Shown: positions 1 through 10,223 of the stretch, piece by piece | Layout of the letters: each line of letters opens with the position of its first letter | How positions within the stretch are numbered: the first letter of the stretch is position 1 | Assembly: GCA_017406955.1 (NCBI GenBank) | Contig: JAFQXM010000007.1 | Span: 80,729 to 144,728, forward strand | Reading direction: 5' to 3' | Source of the DNA: Bacilli bacterium | GTDB taxonomy: Bacteria; Bacillota_I; Bacilli_A; RF39; UBA660 | Length of the DNA: 64,000 bases | Notes under the pieces: generated by a model | What the model was told of the DNA's origin: nothing | What the model saw: only the letters and a program-made list of their open reading frames with translations | Databases searched by the model: none | Translations under genes and position numbers: made by a program

Positions 1-459
1 TATTCTTATTATATTAGATGGAAAAGTACTAACTAATTTATTATTAATAGAAACATTATCATTATAAAACTTAATAGATGCAGAAAGACTAATTTCATTT
101 TCATTTAATTCATCTATAACAGAAACTAAAGCTTTTCTTTTATATAATTTTTCGTTTTCATCTAATGTTTTAAATAATTTATTATAATTTTTTCTTAAAT
201 AATTATGAAGTTCTAAAGAAGTCATTTCTCTTTTAGAAAACTCTTCTAAATCTTCCATATATGTTTTATCTTTTAGACTTCTTCTAATAGGAGCAATACA
301 TTTTTTTAATAAATCAAGCTTCTTATCCAATAAAATACCTATATTATTTTCAGCTTCTTCAATCTTTACAATAACACTTTTATATTTATTATGGTATATG
401 ATTATAATTAGTGTAATTAACGCAACAAACACTATACAACCTAAAATAATTTCAAACAT
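1..459 (-). CDS. LemA family membrane protein, partial. Its start codon is at 459 and the 3' end runs off the window edge.
   Basis: Minus-strand translation from ATG 457-459 gives MFEIILGCIVFVALITLIIIIYHNKYKSVIVKIEEAENNIGILLDKKLDLLKKCIAPIRRS. That is an N-terminal TM helix followed by a LemA-like helical region. An SD (GAGGTGA) is upstream. This ORF is not in the supplied track. Confidence 0.45.
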   Translation of the reverse strand, partial: MFEIILGCIVFVALITLIIIIYHNKYKSVIVKIEEAENNIGILLDKKLDLLKKCIAPIRRSLKDKTYMEDLEEFSKREMTSLELHNYLRKNYNKLFKTLDENEKLYKRKALVSVIDELNENEISLSASIKFYNDNVSINNKLVSTFPSNIIRI

Positions 460-526
460 ATAATCACCTCTATGCTAAAGTAATTATATCAGAATTATTC
501 TTAACTTACAATAATTGTAGTAATAA

Positions 527-2521
527 TTATGAAGGTGATTTATTAGAAAATTTTTCTTCAAAAGTTTGATCAGTTTCTAATGGTTCAGTACCCTTTATAA
601 AATACATTAATTTCTTTTTTGTAGAATTTTCAGTTGCAGGTTTACCAGATATAGGATCAACGAATACAGCAGAAACATTTTTAGGCATAGGATACCACTC
701 TTTAGATTTACCTTCTTCATACTTCTCCATTACTTTATACCAAATATTTTGAGAATACTTATAATCTTTTGTACTCAAATTTTTATTATTATCATAACCA
801 ATCCATACAGAACCAACTAAGTATTTATTAAAGCCTATATTCCAATTATCACTATCAGTAGTACCACTTTTTAAAGCATATTTATGCTTAAGTTTAGCAT
901 TTAATCCAACGGCAGTAGGATAATTATAATCTATATAGTCTGGATCATATGTTGCCGTTAACATATTGTTTAAAATATAGACTAAACTAGAATTTAACAC
1001 TAATTCTTTATCTTTTTTAGCTTTATATAAAACATGACCACTGCCATCTTCCACTTTTTCTATCAAATGCGGAGTAACTTTATAACCCATATTCGCAAAA
1101 GCTGCATACCCAGCTGTCATTTCTTTAATACCTATTTCATTGGTTCCTAAAGGAAGAGATGGAATATCTTCTAATTTAGCTTTTATCCCAACACGTCTCG
1201 CCACATTTATTAAAGCATCACTTCCTAAAAACAAATGAGTCTTTACTGCATATATATTTTCAGAATAAGCAATTGCAGTTGCCATAGAAATAGGTTTATT
1301 TCCATATTTATTATTATAATTGCTTGGAGTATAACTGTTTTTATTATTTAAATTAAAAGTAGTTGCTTCACTAGTAAAGGCAGAAGAAGAGGTAAATCCA
1401 TTTTCTAAAGCTGCATAATATAAATAAGGTTTCATAGTAGAACCAACTTGTCTAGTAGAACTAGTTACTCTATTATATGAAGACTTATTATAATCTTTTC
1501 CCCCAATCAAAGCCTTAATTCCTCCAGTATTAGGATCCATTAAAACAGATGAAACTTCTAATTTAGAACTACTAGGAATAGTTTCCTTAGTAATGGACTC
1601 TAAATTTTTTTGTAGATTGTAATCAAGATTAGTATATATTTTCAAACCCTTAGTATCACTAATAGATTTAGGTATACTATCAATAGTTTTTAACTCTTCT
1701 AATACCGCATCTTCATAATACATCGCTACACTCAAATCATCTCTTTCTTTTTCTCCAACAAAAGATAAGTCTTCATTATATGCCTCATTCATTTCCTCTT
1801 CACTAATAACACCGTTTTTAACCAATTCTTTTAATATTAAATATTGACGTTTCTTAGATTCTGTTAAATCTATTAAAGGAGAATAGACACTAGGAGCTTT
1901 AGGAATACCAGCTAAAATAGATGCTTCTGCTAAATCTAAGTCTTTAGCTTTTTTACCAAAATAAAACCTACTAGCGTTTTCTATTCCATACATTCCATGA
2001 CCATAATTAATAGTATTTAAATAACCTTCTAATATTTCTTTTTTAGAATAACTATTTTCTATTCTAATTGTATACCATAATTCTTCCCATTTTCTCTTCC
2101 AAGTCTTATCAAAATCCAAAAACAAGTTTTTAGCGTATTGCTGTGTTATAGTAGAAGCTCCTTGTTCTGTTTTTCCACTAGTAATATTAATATAACTAGC
2201 TTTTAATATTCTTAAAAAATCAAAACCATGATGTTTATAAAAATTCTTATCTTCTGTATATATAGTAGAATTAATTACATTCTTTGATATATTATTTAAA
2301 TTAACCCATTTTGTTGATTTGTTACCCTGAAAAAAAAGCTTCTTTTTATTATCATATAAAGAAATATTACCTGCACTATTAATTCTTAATTTAGGAGAAG
2401 TTTTAACATAAATTAAAATTCCTACATTAATAGTAATTATAATTAATATAATAAAAATAATAACTTTTTTTAATTTCATAAAAACCAACCTTTCTTTATT
2501 ATTATTTAAAATAAGGAACAA
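527..2521 (-). CDS. Class A penicillin-binding protein (bifunctional GT51 transglycosylase / transpeptidase)
   Basis: N-terminal TM anchor. GT51 motifs EDKNFYKHHGFD and GASTITQQ. Transpeptidase SxxK (STMKP). Confidence 0.85.
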   Translation of the reverse strand: MFLILNNNKERLVFMKLKKVIIFIILIIITINVGILIYVKTSPKLRINSAGNISLYDNKKKLFFQGNKSTKWVNLNNISKNVINSTIYTEDKNFYKHHGFDFLRILKASYINITSGKTEQGASTITQQYAKNLFLDFDKTWKRKWEELWYTIRIENSYSKKEILEGYLNTINYGHGMYGIENASRFYFGKKAKDLDLAEASILAGIPKAPSVYSPLIDLTESKKRQYLILKELVKNGVISEEEMNEAYNEDLSFVGEKERDDLSVAMYYEDAVLEELKTIDSIPKSISDTKGLKIYTNLDYNLQKNLESITKETIPSSSKLEVSSVLMDPNTGGIKALIGGKDYNKSSYNRVTSSTRQVGSTMKPYLYYAALENGFTSSSAFTSEATTFNLNNKNSYTPSNYNNKYGNKPISMATAIAYSENIYAVKTHLFLGSDALINVARRVGIKAKLEDIPSLPLGTNEIGIKEMTAGYAAFANMGYKVTPHLIEKVEDGSGHVLYKAKKDKELVLNSSLVYILNNMLTATYDPDYIDYNYPTAVGLNAKLKHKYALKSGTTDSDNWNIGFNKYLVGSVWIGYDNNKNLSTKDYKYSQNIWYKVMEKYEEGKSKEWYPMPKNVSAVFVDPISGKPATENSTKKKLMYFIKGTEPLETDQTFEEKFSNKSPS

Positions 2522-2586
2522 AATATGTATTAAAATTTATTAATATATGTTATAATCTAAACTGTAATTTAATGTGAGGTGTTTTT

Positions 2587-2940
2587 ATGCCTAAAATAAA
2601 AATTAAAACTAGTTTAAAAAATGACATAGAAGAAATAAAAGAACAAACAAACGCTAAATTAGATAAAGATAAAATAAGTTATTATGAAAAATCTAAAACA
2701 AAGGTAATATATAATTATAAAAATAATGTTTTAACTAGGGATAATAATGAGATTAATATGATATATACTTTTAATAAAAATAAAGAAACTACAGGAAAAA
2801 TATTAATAAAAGAATTAAATAAAGAATTAAATGTTAAAATAAAAACAGAAGAATTAAAACAAAAAGATCATAATTTAGAAGTAAAATTTATAGTAGAAAA
2901 TCAAACATTTATATATAAAATAGAAGTAAAGGAGAATTAG
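2587..2940 (+). CDS. Hypothetical lysine-rich protein, translationally coupled to argS
   Basis: 117-aa ORF. Its stop lies 1 nt before the argS ATG. No recognisable motif. Confidence 0.35.
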   Translation: MPKIKIKTSLKNDIEEIKEQTNAKLDKDKISYYEKSKTKVIYNYKNNVLTRDNNEINMIYTFNKNKETTGKILIKELNKELNVKIKTEELKQKDHNLEVKFIVENQTFIYKIEVKEN

Positions 2941-2941
2941 T

Positions 2942-4690
2942 ATGAGTATTATTAAAGAATTAACTAAGGATGTTAAAGACATAGTAAGAAATGCTGGATA
3001 TGAAATAGACACAGTAGTTTTAGAATCATCTAATAGACCAGATCTAGGACAATTTCAAATAAATAATGCGATGACTTTAGCTAGAACATATCATAAGAAT
3101 CCAAGAGATATTGCTACTGATATTGTAAAAGAATTAGAAAAGGATAATAGATTCACTAATTTAAATATTGCAGGGCCTGGTTTTATAAATATTACTTTAA
3201 CTAATGATTATTTAATAGAATGTCTAAATACATTAACTAATAATTTAGATAATATTATAGATAAAAAAGATAAAAAGAAAGTAATAATTGATTATGGTGG
3301 GGCAAATGTTTCTAAAGCACTTCATGTAGGTCATTTAAGAAGCGCTAATATTGGAGAAGCTTTAAAAAGACTTGCTAAAACACTAGGTTATGAAGTATTA
3401 GGAGATGCTCACCTTGGTGATTATGGAAGGCCTTTAGGTTTAGTAATTAGAGAAATAAAAGAAATGTATCCAGACTTAGATTATTTTAATGAAAATTATA
3501 TTGGAGATTATAATGATATAGATTTACCAATTACTAATGAAGATTTAGAAAGAATTTATCCAATTGCTTCAAGTAACGCAAAAGAAAACGAAGAATATTT
3601 AGAAGAAGCTAGAATAATAACTAATAAACTTCAAAACAAAGAAAAAGGTTATTATGAATTATGGAAGAAAATAATAGAAATATCTAAAGAAGATATTAAA
3701 AAGACCTATGATGATATAAATACTTTCTTTGAAATATGGAATGGGGAAAGTGATGAAGCAGAATATATTAATGAAGTAACTAAGATATTTAAAGAAAAGA
3801 ACCTATTAGTAGAAAGTGAAGGAGCTAAAATAGTAGAAGTAAAAAAGGAAGAGGATAATGCTCCTATGCCACCACTAATGTTTGAAAACTCAAATAACAC
3901 ATATACTTATGCTACTACAGATCTTGCAACAATCCTAGATAGAAAGAAAAACTATAATCCAGATGAAATATGGTATGTAACAGATGATAGACAATCACTA
4001 CACTTTGAACAAGTATTCCGTGCTGCAAGACTTGCTAATTTAGTAGATAATAACGTTATATTAGAACATATTCCATATGGAACAATGAATGGAAAAGATG
4101 GTAAACCATTTAAAACTAGAGATGGTGGAGTAATGTCTTTAAAAGAATTAATTAAATTAGTTAACACAGAAACCGATAAAAGAATAAATAATAATACTAT
4201 TTCAGAGGAAGAAAGAAAAAAAATATCTAAAACAGTTGCTATTGCTGCTATTAAATATGCAGATTTAGTACCTTATAGAAAAACAGATTATATATTTGAA
4301 ATAGATAAATTTTCAGAAATAGAAGGTAAAACTGGACCATACTTATTATATTCAACTATTAGAATGAAATCATTATTAGATAGAGCTAAAGATTTACCTA
4401 AAAATAAAATAACTAAATTTAAAACAAGTACAGAAATAGATTTAGCATTACAAATACTAAATTTACCAGTAGTATTAGATAAATCATTGGAATTAAAGTC
4501 ATTAAATGAAATAACAGATTATTTATATAAACTAACGTCTTTATATAATAAATTCTATTCAGAAAACAAAATATTAACAGAAGAAGATAAAGAGTTACAA
4601 GAATCATGGTTAACTTTAACTAGTATAGTTTATAGTATAAATAACTTACTATTAGATATACTATCTATAAAAGTTCCAGAAAAAATGTAA
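2942..4690 (+). CDS. argS: Arginine--tRNA ligase
   Basis: Class I HIGH motif HVGHLRSANIGEAL. Length 582 aa. N-terminal Arg-tRNA-synthetase anticodon-binding-like domain. Confidence 0.9.
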   Translation: MSIIKELTKDVKDIVRNAGYEIDTVVLESSNRPDLGQFQINNAMTLARTYHKNPRDIATDIVKELEKDNRFTNLNIAGPGFINITLTNDYLIECLNTLTNNLDNIIDKKDKKKVIIDYGGANVSKALHVGHLRSANIGEALKRLAKTLGYEVLGDAHLGDYGRPLGLVIREIKEMYPDLDYFNENYIGDYNDIDLPITNEDLERIYPIASSNAKENEEYLEEARIITNKLQNKEKGYYELWKKIIEISKEDIKKTYDDINTFFEIWNGESDEAEYINEVTKIFKEKNLLVESEGAKIVEVKKEEDNAPMPPLMFENSNNTYTYATTDLATILDRKKNYNPDEIWYVTDDRQSLHFEQVFRAARLANLVDNNVILEHIPYGTMNGKDGKPFKTRDGGVMSLKELIKLVNTETDKRINNNTISEEERKKISKTVAIAAIKYADLVPYRKTDYIFEIDKFSEIEGKTGPYLLYSTIRMKSLLDRAKDLPKNKITKFKTSTEIDLALQILNLPVVLDKSLELKSLNEITDYLYKLTSLYNKFYSENKILTEEDKELQESWLTLTSIVYSINNLLLDILSIKVPEKM

Positions 4691-4790
4691 AAACTATTGT
4701 AAATATACGCAATATATGTTATAAGTTTATTGGTGATTTTCACTACATAAATATTGAACTAAGCATATAATGTTTTATTAGGAGGATCAT

Positions 4791-5231
4791 ATGAAAGTTA
4801 GTAAAATGCCGAAAGAAGAATTAGAGTTATTATCAAATCAAGAAATAACTAGATTAATCTTAGAAGAAAATAAGAAACCTATGAGTACTGCAGATTTGTT
4901 TAAAAAGAAAATAGAATTATTAGGGTTACCTAAGAAAACTTTCGAGGCAAAGATTGCCGATTATTATACTGCTATCGCTACGGATAAAAACTTTATTTTA
5001 TTAGATGATGGTAGATGGGATTTAAAGAGTAAATATAAATCTGATAAAGTAGTTAAGTTAGAAGACGATGATGATGAAGAAGATGACGATACTCCAGAAA
5101 CAGAAGAAGAAATAATAGATGAAGCACCAGAAGAAGATAATTATGATGATACAGATGAAGATTATGATGAAGAAGCAGAGGAAGATCTAAAAGACTTAGT
5201 AGTTATAGATGAAAATGAACTAGAGGAATAA
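4791..5231 (+). CDS. rpoE: DNA-directed RNA polymerase delta subunit
   Basis: N-terminal HARE-HTH-like region (ELELLSNQEITRLILEEN) plus a long poly-acidic C-terminal tail (DDDDEEDDDTPETEEE...). This is the typical Firmicutes RpoE architecture. Confidence 0.7.
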   Translation: MKVSKMPKEELELLSNQEITRLILEENKKPMSTADLFKKKIELLGLPKKTFEAKIADYYTAIATDKNFILLDDGRWDLKSKYKSDKVVKLEDDDDEEDDDTPETEEEIIDEAPEEDNYDDTDEDYDEEAEEDLKDLVVIDENELEE

Positions 5232-5285
5232 TCTAGTTTTTTTCTTATAAAGTATGATATAATACGAAGCAGAAAGGGTGATATC

Positions 5286-6350
5286 ATGATAGATAGATTA
5301 GAAACTACATTAAATAAGTATAATGAATTACAAAATGAGTTAACTAAACCAGAAGTTTTAGGTGATATTAAAAAAACAAGAGAGTATTCTAAAGAAATAG
5401 CGGAAATAGAAGATATTGTCACTTGCTATAAAAGATATAAAAAAGTATTAGAAGATATAGAAAACACTAAAGAAATGACTAAAGATCCAGAAATAGGAGA
5501 AATGGCTAAAGAAGAATTAAAGGATCTAGAAGAAGAAAAAGAAAAACTAGATAAAGAATTAGAAATACTTCTAATACCTAAAGATCCCAACGATAGTAAG
5601 AATATTATTATGGAAATAAGAGGAGCTGCTGGTGGAGATGAAGCTAATATTTTCGCAGGAGATTTATTTAGAATGTATACAAGATATGCAGAAAAACAAG
5701 GGTTTTCATATCAAGTATATAACTCAGTAGATGGTACTGCCGGAGGATTTTCTCAAATAGAGTTTATTGTTAAAGGAACAGGAGCTTATTCTCTTTTAAA
5801 ATATGAAAGTGGATCTCATAGAGTACAAAGAGTACCAGTAACAGAATCAAATGGAAGACTACAAACTTCTACGGCTACAGTCCTAGTAATGCCAGAGGCA
5901 GATGATGATGTAGATTTAGAAATAGATCCAAATGACTTAAGAATAGATGTTTATAGATCAAGTGGTAAAGGAGGACAAGGAGTAAATACAACAGATTCAG
6001 CAGTTAGAATTACTCATTTACCTACAAATACAGTAGTAACTTGTCAAAATGAAAGAAGTCAAATCCAAAACAAAGAACAGGCCATGAAAGTATTAAAATC
6101 ATTATTATATGAACAACAAGAACAAGAAAGATTAGAAAAAGAGGGAAACGAAAGACGTAGTAAAATAGGTACAGGAGATAGAGCAGAAAAAATAAGAACT
6201 TATAACTATCCACAAAATAGAGTAACCGATCATAGAATAAGTTTTACTACAAAGAACCTAGATAGAGTAATGGATGGAGATTTAGATGATATAATAAATG
6301 CTTTAATCCAAGAAGATCAAAAAAGGAAACTTGCAGGTCAAGAAGAGTAA
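5286..6350 (+). CDS. prfA: Peptide chain release factor 1
   Basis: GGQ motif (GGQGVNTTDSAVRITHLPT). RF1-specific PxT (PVT). Followed by prmC. Confidence 0.9.
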   Translation: MIDRLETTLNKYNELQNELTKPEVLGDIKKTREYSKEIAEIEDIVTCYKRYKKVLEDIENTKEMTKDPEIGEMAKEELKDLEEEKEKLDKELEILLIPKDPNDSKNIIMEIRGAAGGDEANIFAGDLFRMYTRYAEKQGFSYQVYNSVDGTAGGFSQIEFIVKGTGAYSLLKYESGSHRVQRVPVTESNGRLQTSTATVLVMPEADDDVDLEIDPNDLRIDVYRSSGKGGQGVNTTDSAVRITHLPTNTVVTCQNERSQIQNKEQAMKVLKSLLYEQQEQERLEKEGNERRSKIGTGDRAEKIRTYNYPQNRVTDHRISFTTKNLDRVMDGDLDDIINALIQEDQKRKLAGQEE

Positions 6351-6351
6351 T

Positions 6352-7176
6352 ATGAAAGTAGAAGAATTAATAGTATATGGAAAAGAATATATTCACTCTG
6401 ATTATGTAAAAATGTTACTAGGAGATATTTTAAATTTAAATCCCTTAGAACTACTAAATCATCTAGATGAATATGTAGATGAAGACAAAGTGAAACTCTT
6501 CAAAGAAGAGATGAAAAGTCTAAAAGAAGGTAAACCTATACAATATGTATTAGGTCATGTAAATTTCTTTGGCAATAAGTTTTATGTTAACAAAAATGTA
6601 TTGATACCACGTTTTGAGACAGAAGAGTTAGTTGAAAAAACCATAGAATATATAAATAAATATTTTAATAGACCTATAGATATAATAGACTTGGGTTGTG
6701 GAAGTGGAGTAATCGGACTTACTTTAGAAAAAAAAGTTTCCACAAAATCTGTGGATTTAATAGATATAAGTAAAGAAGCGTTGGAAGTAACAAAAGAAAA
6801 TATAAAGAACTTAAAATCTAAAGCTAACACTATAGAAAGCAATTTCTTTGAAAATGTAGATAAAAAATATGATCTAATAATAAGTAATCCACCATACATA
6901 AAAACTAATGAAGAAATAGAAGTTATTGTAAAAGAAAACGAACCACATTTAGCTTTATACGCTGGAGTTGATGGCCTAGATTGCTATAAAAAGATAATAG
7001 AAAATATAAAACCTCATATGAAAGATAGATGTATAATAGCTTTTGAAATAGGTTGTGACCAAACAGAAGATATTAAAAAATTAATAAACAAATACTTAGA
7101 TGATGTAAGAATAGAGGTAAAAAAAGATCTATCTAATAGAGATAGAATGATATTTATATTTAAAAATATTGAATAA
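6352..7176 (+). CDS. prmC: Release factor glutamine N5-methyltransferase
   Basis: NPPY motif (ISNPPYIK). SAM-binding DLGCGSG. Start placed at the ATG 1 nt after the prfA stop; the track ORF starts 21 nt earlier, inside prfA. Confidence 0.85.
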   Translation: MKVEELIVYGKEYIHSDYVKMLLGDILNLNPLELLNHLDEYVDEDKVKLFKEEMKSLKEGKPIQYVLGHVNFFGNKFYVNKNVLIPRFETEELVEKTIEYINKYFNRPIDIIDLGCGSGVIGLTLEKKVSTKSVDLIDISKEALEVTKENIKNLKSKANTIESNFFENVDKKYDLIISNPPYIKTNEEIEVIVKENEPHLALYAGVDGLDCYKKIIENIKPHMKDRCIIAFEIGCDQTEDIKKLINKYLDDVRIEVKKDLSNRDRMIFIFKNIE

Positions 7177-7200
7177 ACCTATATTATATAGGTTTTTTCT
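7177..7200 (+). terminator. Rho-independent terminator after prmC
   Basis: AACCTATA-tta-TATAGGTT hairpin followed by a T-run. Confidence 0.6.
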
Positions 7201-7211
7201 TTGTTCAATAG

Positions 7212-7242
7212 TTGACAAAAAGCTTCTGGGGGGGGGTATACT
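7212..7242 (+). promoter_or_regulatory. Sigma-A-like promoter with a G9 homopolymer in the spacer. TTGACA is at 7212-7217 and TATACT at 7237-7242, giving a 19-nt spacer.
   Basis: The sequence reads TTGACAaaaagcttctGGGGGGGGGTATACT. Nine consecutive G (7228-7236) in a genome of roughly 27% GC. The -10 is followed by an RBS (AAGGAAGTGA) and the ATG at 7264. Confidence 0.45.
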
Positions 7243-7263
7243 TTTTATAAAGGAAGTGATTAA

Positions 7264-8157
7264 ATGTCAGATTTTACAAAAGAAGAATTAACACAAATAT
7301 ATTATAATACTATGCCTGGAGTTGATGGTTCAAAAGATAAATGTGGATATGGAGCAGACAATCCATGGTTAAAGAAATTATGGAATGATACTATAAATAA
7401 GTATCTTGAGAACTATGATGAGACTAAAGAAGCAGATACAATATCAGAAGAAATAACTAGTGAATTTGAAAACAAAATAGTATCAGTTTTAAATGAAATT
7501 ACAGAAACCGAGGAATATAAAATAGCTGATGCACCAAAATGGGCAGAATACGGAGAGCAGAAAGCTTTAGAAAAAATGGTACAGTATATAGAAACAAACA
7601 CAGATAAAAAATCAGAAGTTAGAGATGCAATGAGAAATGTATGTGAAAAAAGAGAAGAAGGAACTGAAGTATTTAAAGAACCCCCACTACCTGTTGTATA
7701 TTCAGAAGAAATTGAAGATGTGGTTTTAGATTATGTAGATAATTATTTGTATGACAATGCAATAGAACTTGGAATAGATGGTTTAGAGAATGATGACAGC
7801 GATATAATGCAAGCGAAAGAAGAAGGAAAACTTAAACCAAACGAGAAATATACAAAACTATTTAATGCATTGAACCATAATTTTAGTTTTGAAAACGAAA
7901 AGGATAATCCAGAGTTTGGATATAGCGAAATGTTAGTACCAACTAAGGAAGTTACAGATAAAATAGTAAATAAAAATATAGAAAAATTTATTAAAGAAAA
8001 CAACATAAACTCACCAGAAGAATATTTCATTAGAGAAAACAACAAATTATTAAAAAAGTTATCAGAAGCAACAGATTATGACGAAAATGAAATAGAAAAC
8101 TTATTTGAATCAGATGAGGTAAAACCAAAAGACATTATTTCGGGCAGAAAATTCTAA
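7264..8157 (+). CDS. Hypothetical acidic protein
   Basis: 297-aa ORF rich in E/D. Good RBS. No recognisable catalytic motif. Confidence 0.5.
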   Translation: MSDFTKEELTQIYYNTMPGVDGSKDKCGYGADNPWLKKLWNDTINKYLENYDETKEADTISEEITSEFENKIVSVLNEITETEEYKIADAPKWAEYGEQKALEKMVQYIETNTDKKSEVRDAMRNVCEKREEGTEVFKEPPLPVVYSEEIEDVVLDYVDNYLYDNAIELGIDGLENDDSDIMQAKEEGKLKPNEKYTKLFNALNHNFSFENEKDNPEFGYSEMLVPTKEVTDKIVNKNIEKFIKENNINSPEEYFIRENNKLLKKLSEATDYDENEIENLFESDEVKPKDIISGRKF

Positions 8158-8214
8158 ATCTTGAATAAAATTTAATAATAAACTTCACTATATAATTGAA
8201 AGTGAGGTTTTTTA

Positions 8215-8736
8215 ATGAAAAAAACTATTATAATACTAGCAATCATAATAATGATTTTATCTTTAAATAAAGAAGAAAAGGTAATAATACCTAAAAAGTC
8301 TATTAGATTTAGAGTAATTGCAGATAGTAACAATAAAAAAGATCAAGATATAAAAAAAGAAGTAGTAAGTGGTTTAAAAAATAAAATATCAAGATTAGAT
8401 TTTTCTAACAATTTAAATGATAATAGAAAAATGATAAAAGAACAAATACCAGAATTTAAACAAGTAGTAGAGGATACATTAGCTAAAAATAATTATAATA
8501 AACAATATAATATAAAATATGGTATGAACTATTTCCCAGAAAAAGAATATAAAGGAACAATTTATAAAGAAGGAGAATACGAGTCATTAGTAATTACTTT
8601 AGGAGATGGATTAGGTAGAAACTTTTGGTGCGTATTATTTCCACCATTATGTTTATTAGAAGCGGAAGATACTAAAGAAGTAGATAAAGTAGAATATAAA
8701 TCATTTATAAAAGAAGTAATAGATAAGTATTTTTAA
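8215..8736 (+). CDS. spoIIR: Stage II sporulation protein R
   Basis: Signal/TM N-terminus. SpoIIR signature IRFRVIADSNNKKDQDIK (family consensus IRLHVIANSDS..DQ.LK). Conserved C-terminal NFWCVLFPPLC. Confidence 0.65.
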   Translation: MKKTIIILAIIIMILSLNKEEKVIIPKKSIRFRVIADSNNKKDQDIKKEVVSGLKNKISRLDFSNNLNDNRKMIKEQIPEFKQVVEDTLAKNNYNKQYNIKYGMNYFPEKEYKGTIYKEGEYESLVITLGDGLGRNFWCVLFPPLCLLEAEDTKEVDKVEYKSFIKEVIDKYF

Positions 8737-8770
8737 TAGTTTTAAATAATAAAATATATAAGGTGATAGT

Positions 8771-9301
8771 TTGAAACAACTACTTATATATTTTTTTATT
8801 GCAATAGGATTAAGTATGGATGCTTTTTCATTAGCTTTAGCTTATGGAACTACTAAAATATCTAAAAACAAAATAATTATACTAAGCTTAGTAGTAGGAT
8901 TATTTCATTTCATAATGCCTATAATGGGTTCATTTATTGGAATATCAATACTTTCTAAACTGATAAACAAAGCAGATATAGTAGTAGGAATAATCTTTAT
9001 AATACTGGCTATAGAAATGTTTATATCAAAAGAAGAAGAGAAAAAAGGTACGATTACTAATATATACTCTTGTATTTTATTTGCTTTTACAGTAAGTATA
9101 GATAGTTTTACTGTAGGAATAGGATTATCTCTAACAAACAAAAATATAGTTATACCTAGCATAATCTTTTCTATAATAAGTCTAATATTTACTTTGATGG
9201 GTCTTATACTAGGTAAAAAATTAAGTAAAACACTTGGTAAAAAAGCAATCTATGTAGGGATCATAATATTACTAGTTTTAGGTATAAAATACTTATTATA
9301 A
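8771..9301 (+). CDS. DUF204 family membrane protein (MntP manganese efflux / sporulation YtaF-like)
   Basis: Two-repeat polytopic membrane protein. GLSMDAFSLALAYG in repeat 1 and SIDSFTVGIGLS in repeat 2. Confidence 0.55.
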   Translation: MKQLLIYFFIAIGLSMDAFSLALAYGTTKISKNKIIILSLVVGLFHFIMPIMGSFIGISILSKLINKADIVVGIIFIILAIEMFISKEEEKKGTITNIYSCILFAFTVSIDSFTVGIGLSLTNKNIVIPSIIFSIISLIFTLMGLILGKKLSKTLGKKAIYVGIIILLVLGIKYLL

Positions 9302-9341
9302 TTATTGACTATGATGATTTAATTTCTTATAATTATATTAG

Positions 9342-10196
9342 GTGATAGTTGTGTTAGTAGATTTAAATAAAATGCTTTTAAAAGCAAAAAAAGAACATTA
9401 TGCAGTTCCTCATTTCAATATAAATAATTTAGAATGGACGAGATTTATATTAGAAGAATGTGATAAACTAAATATTCCTGTAATATTAGGAGTTAGCGAA
9501 GGTGCTGCTAAATATATGGGAGGATACATTACTGTTACTAACTTAGTTAAATCTTTAATAATAGATTTAGATATAAAAGTACCAGTGTGCCTACATTTGG
9601 ATCATGGTAGTAGTTTTGAGGTGTGCAAAAAAGCAATTAATGCTGGATTCAGTTCAGTAATGATAGATGCTTCTAAATATCCATTAAATGAAAATATAAA
9701 GATCACTAAAGAAGTGGTAGATTATGCACATGAAAGAGGAGTAACTGTAGAAGCAGAAATAGGTCATATTGGAGAAAATGTAAGTAGTAATGATACTAAA
9801 GATACTAATGCAAAATTAGATGAATGTATTAAATTGTATGAAGAAACAAAAATAGATGCTATGGCACCAGCTTTAGGAAGCGTTCATGGTTTTTATAAAG
9901 GAGAAGCAAACCTTGATTTTGAAACTATGAAAGAAATACATGAAAATCTACCAATACCATTAGTATTACATGGAGGCACAGGCATACCTAATGAAAAAAT
10001 TTCAAAAGCTATAGAATGTGGTATAACTAAGATTAATGTTAATACTGACTTACAATCAGTATGGTCTAAAGCTGTTAGAAAGTTCTTAGAAGAAGAGAAA
10101 GAAGTATATGATCCAAGAAAAATTATTAAAAGTGGAGAAAAAGCTATTAAATCTAGAATTGATGAAATAGTAACATTATATAAAACTCAGTTATAA
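9342..10196 (+). CDS. fba: Class II fructose-bisphosphate aldolase
   Basis: HLDHG zinc-site motif. EAEIGHIGE. 284 aa. Confidence 0.85.
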   Translation: MIVVLVDLNKMLLKAKKEHYAVPHFNINNLEWTRFILEECDKLNIPVILGVSEGAAKYMGGYITVTNLVKSLIIDLDIKVPVCLHLDHGSSFEVCKKAINAGFSSVMIDASKYPLNENIKITKEVVDYAHERGVTVEAEIGHIGENVSSNDTKDTNAKLDECIKLYEETKIDAMAPALGSVHGFYKGEANLDFETMKEIHENLPIPLVLHGGTGIPNEKISKAIECGITKINVNTDLQSVWSKAVRKFLEEEKEVYDPRKIIKSGEKAIKSRIDEIVTLYKTQL

Positions 10197-10223
10197 AATA
10201 TATAGACTAGAAAGGAGTAAGAC

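Noticed and set aside
3706-4607. Antisense ORFs (3706-3900, 3952-4167, 4419-4607) inside argS. Similar short minus-strand ORFs lie inside prfA, prmC, mreB, tagO, secA, pheT, the HK and others.
   Set aside because: They are fully embedded in well-supported genes on the opposite strand. They are low-complexity translations of AT-rich antisense sequence with no RBS.
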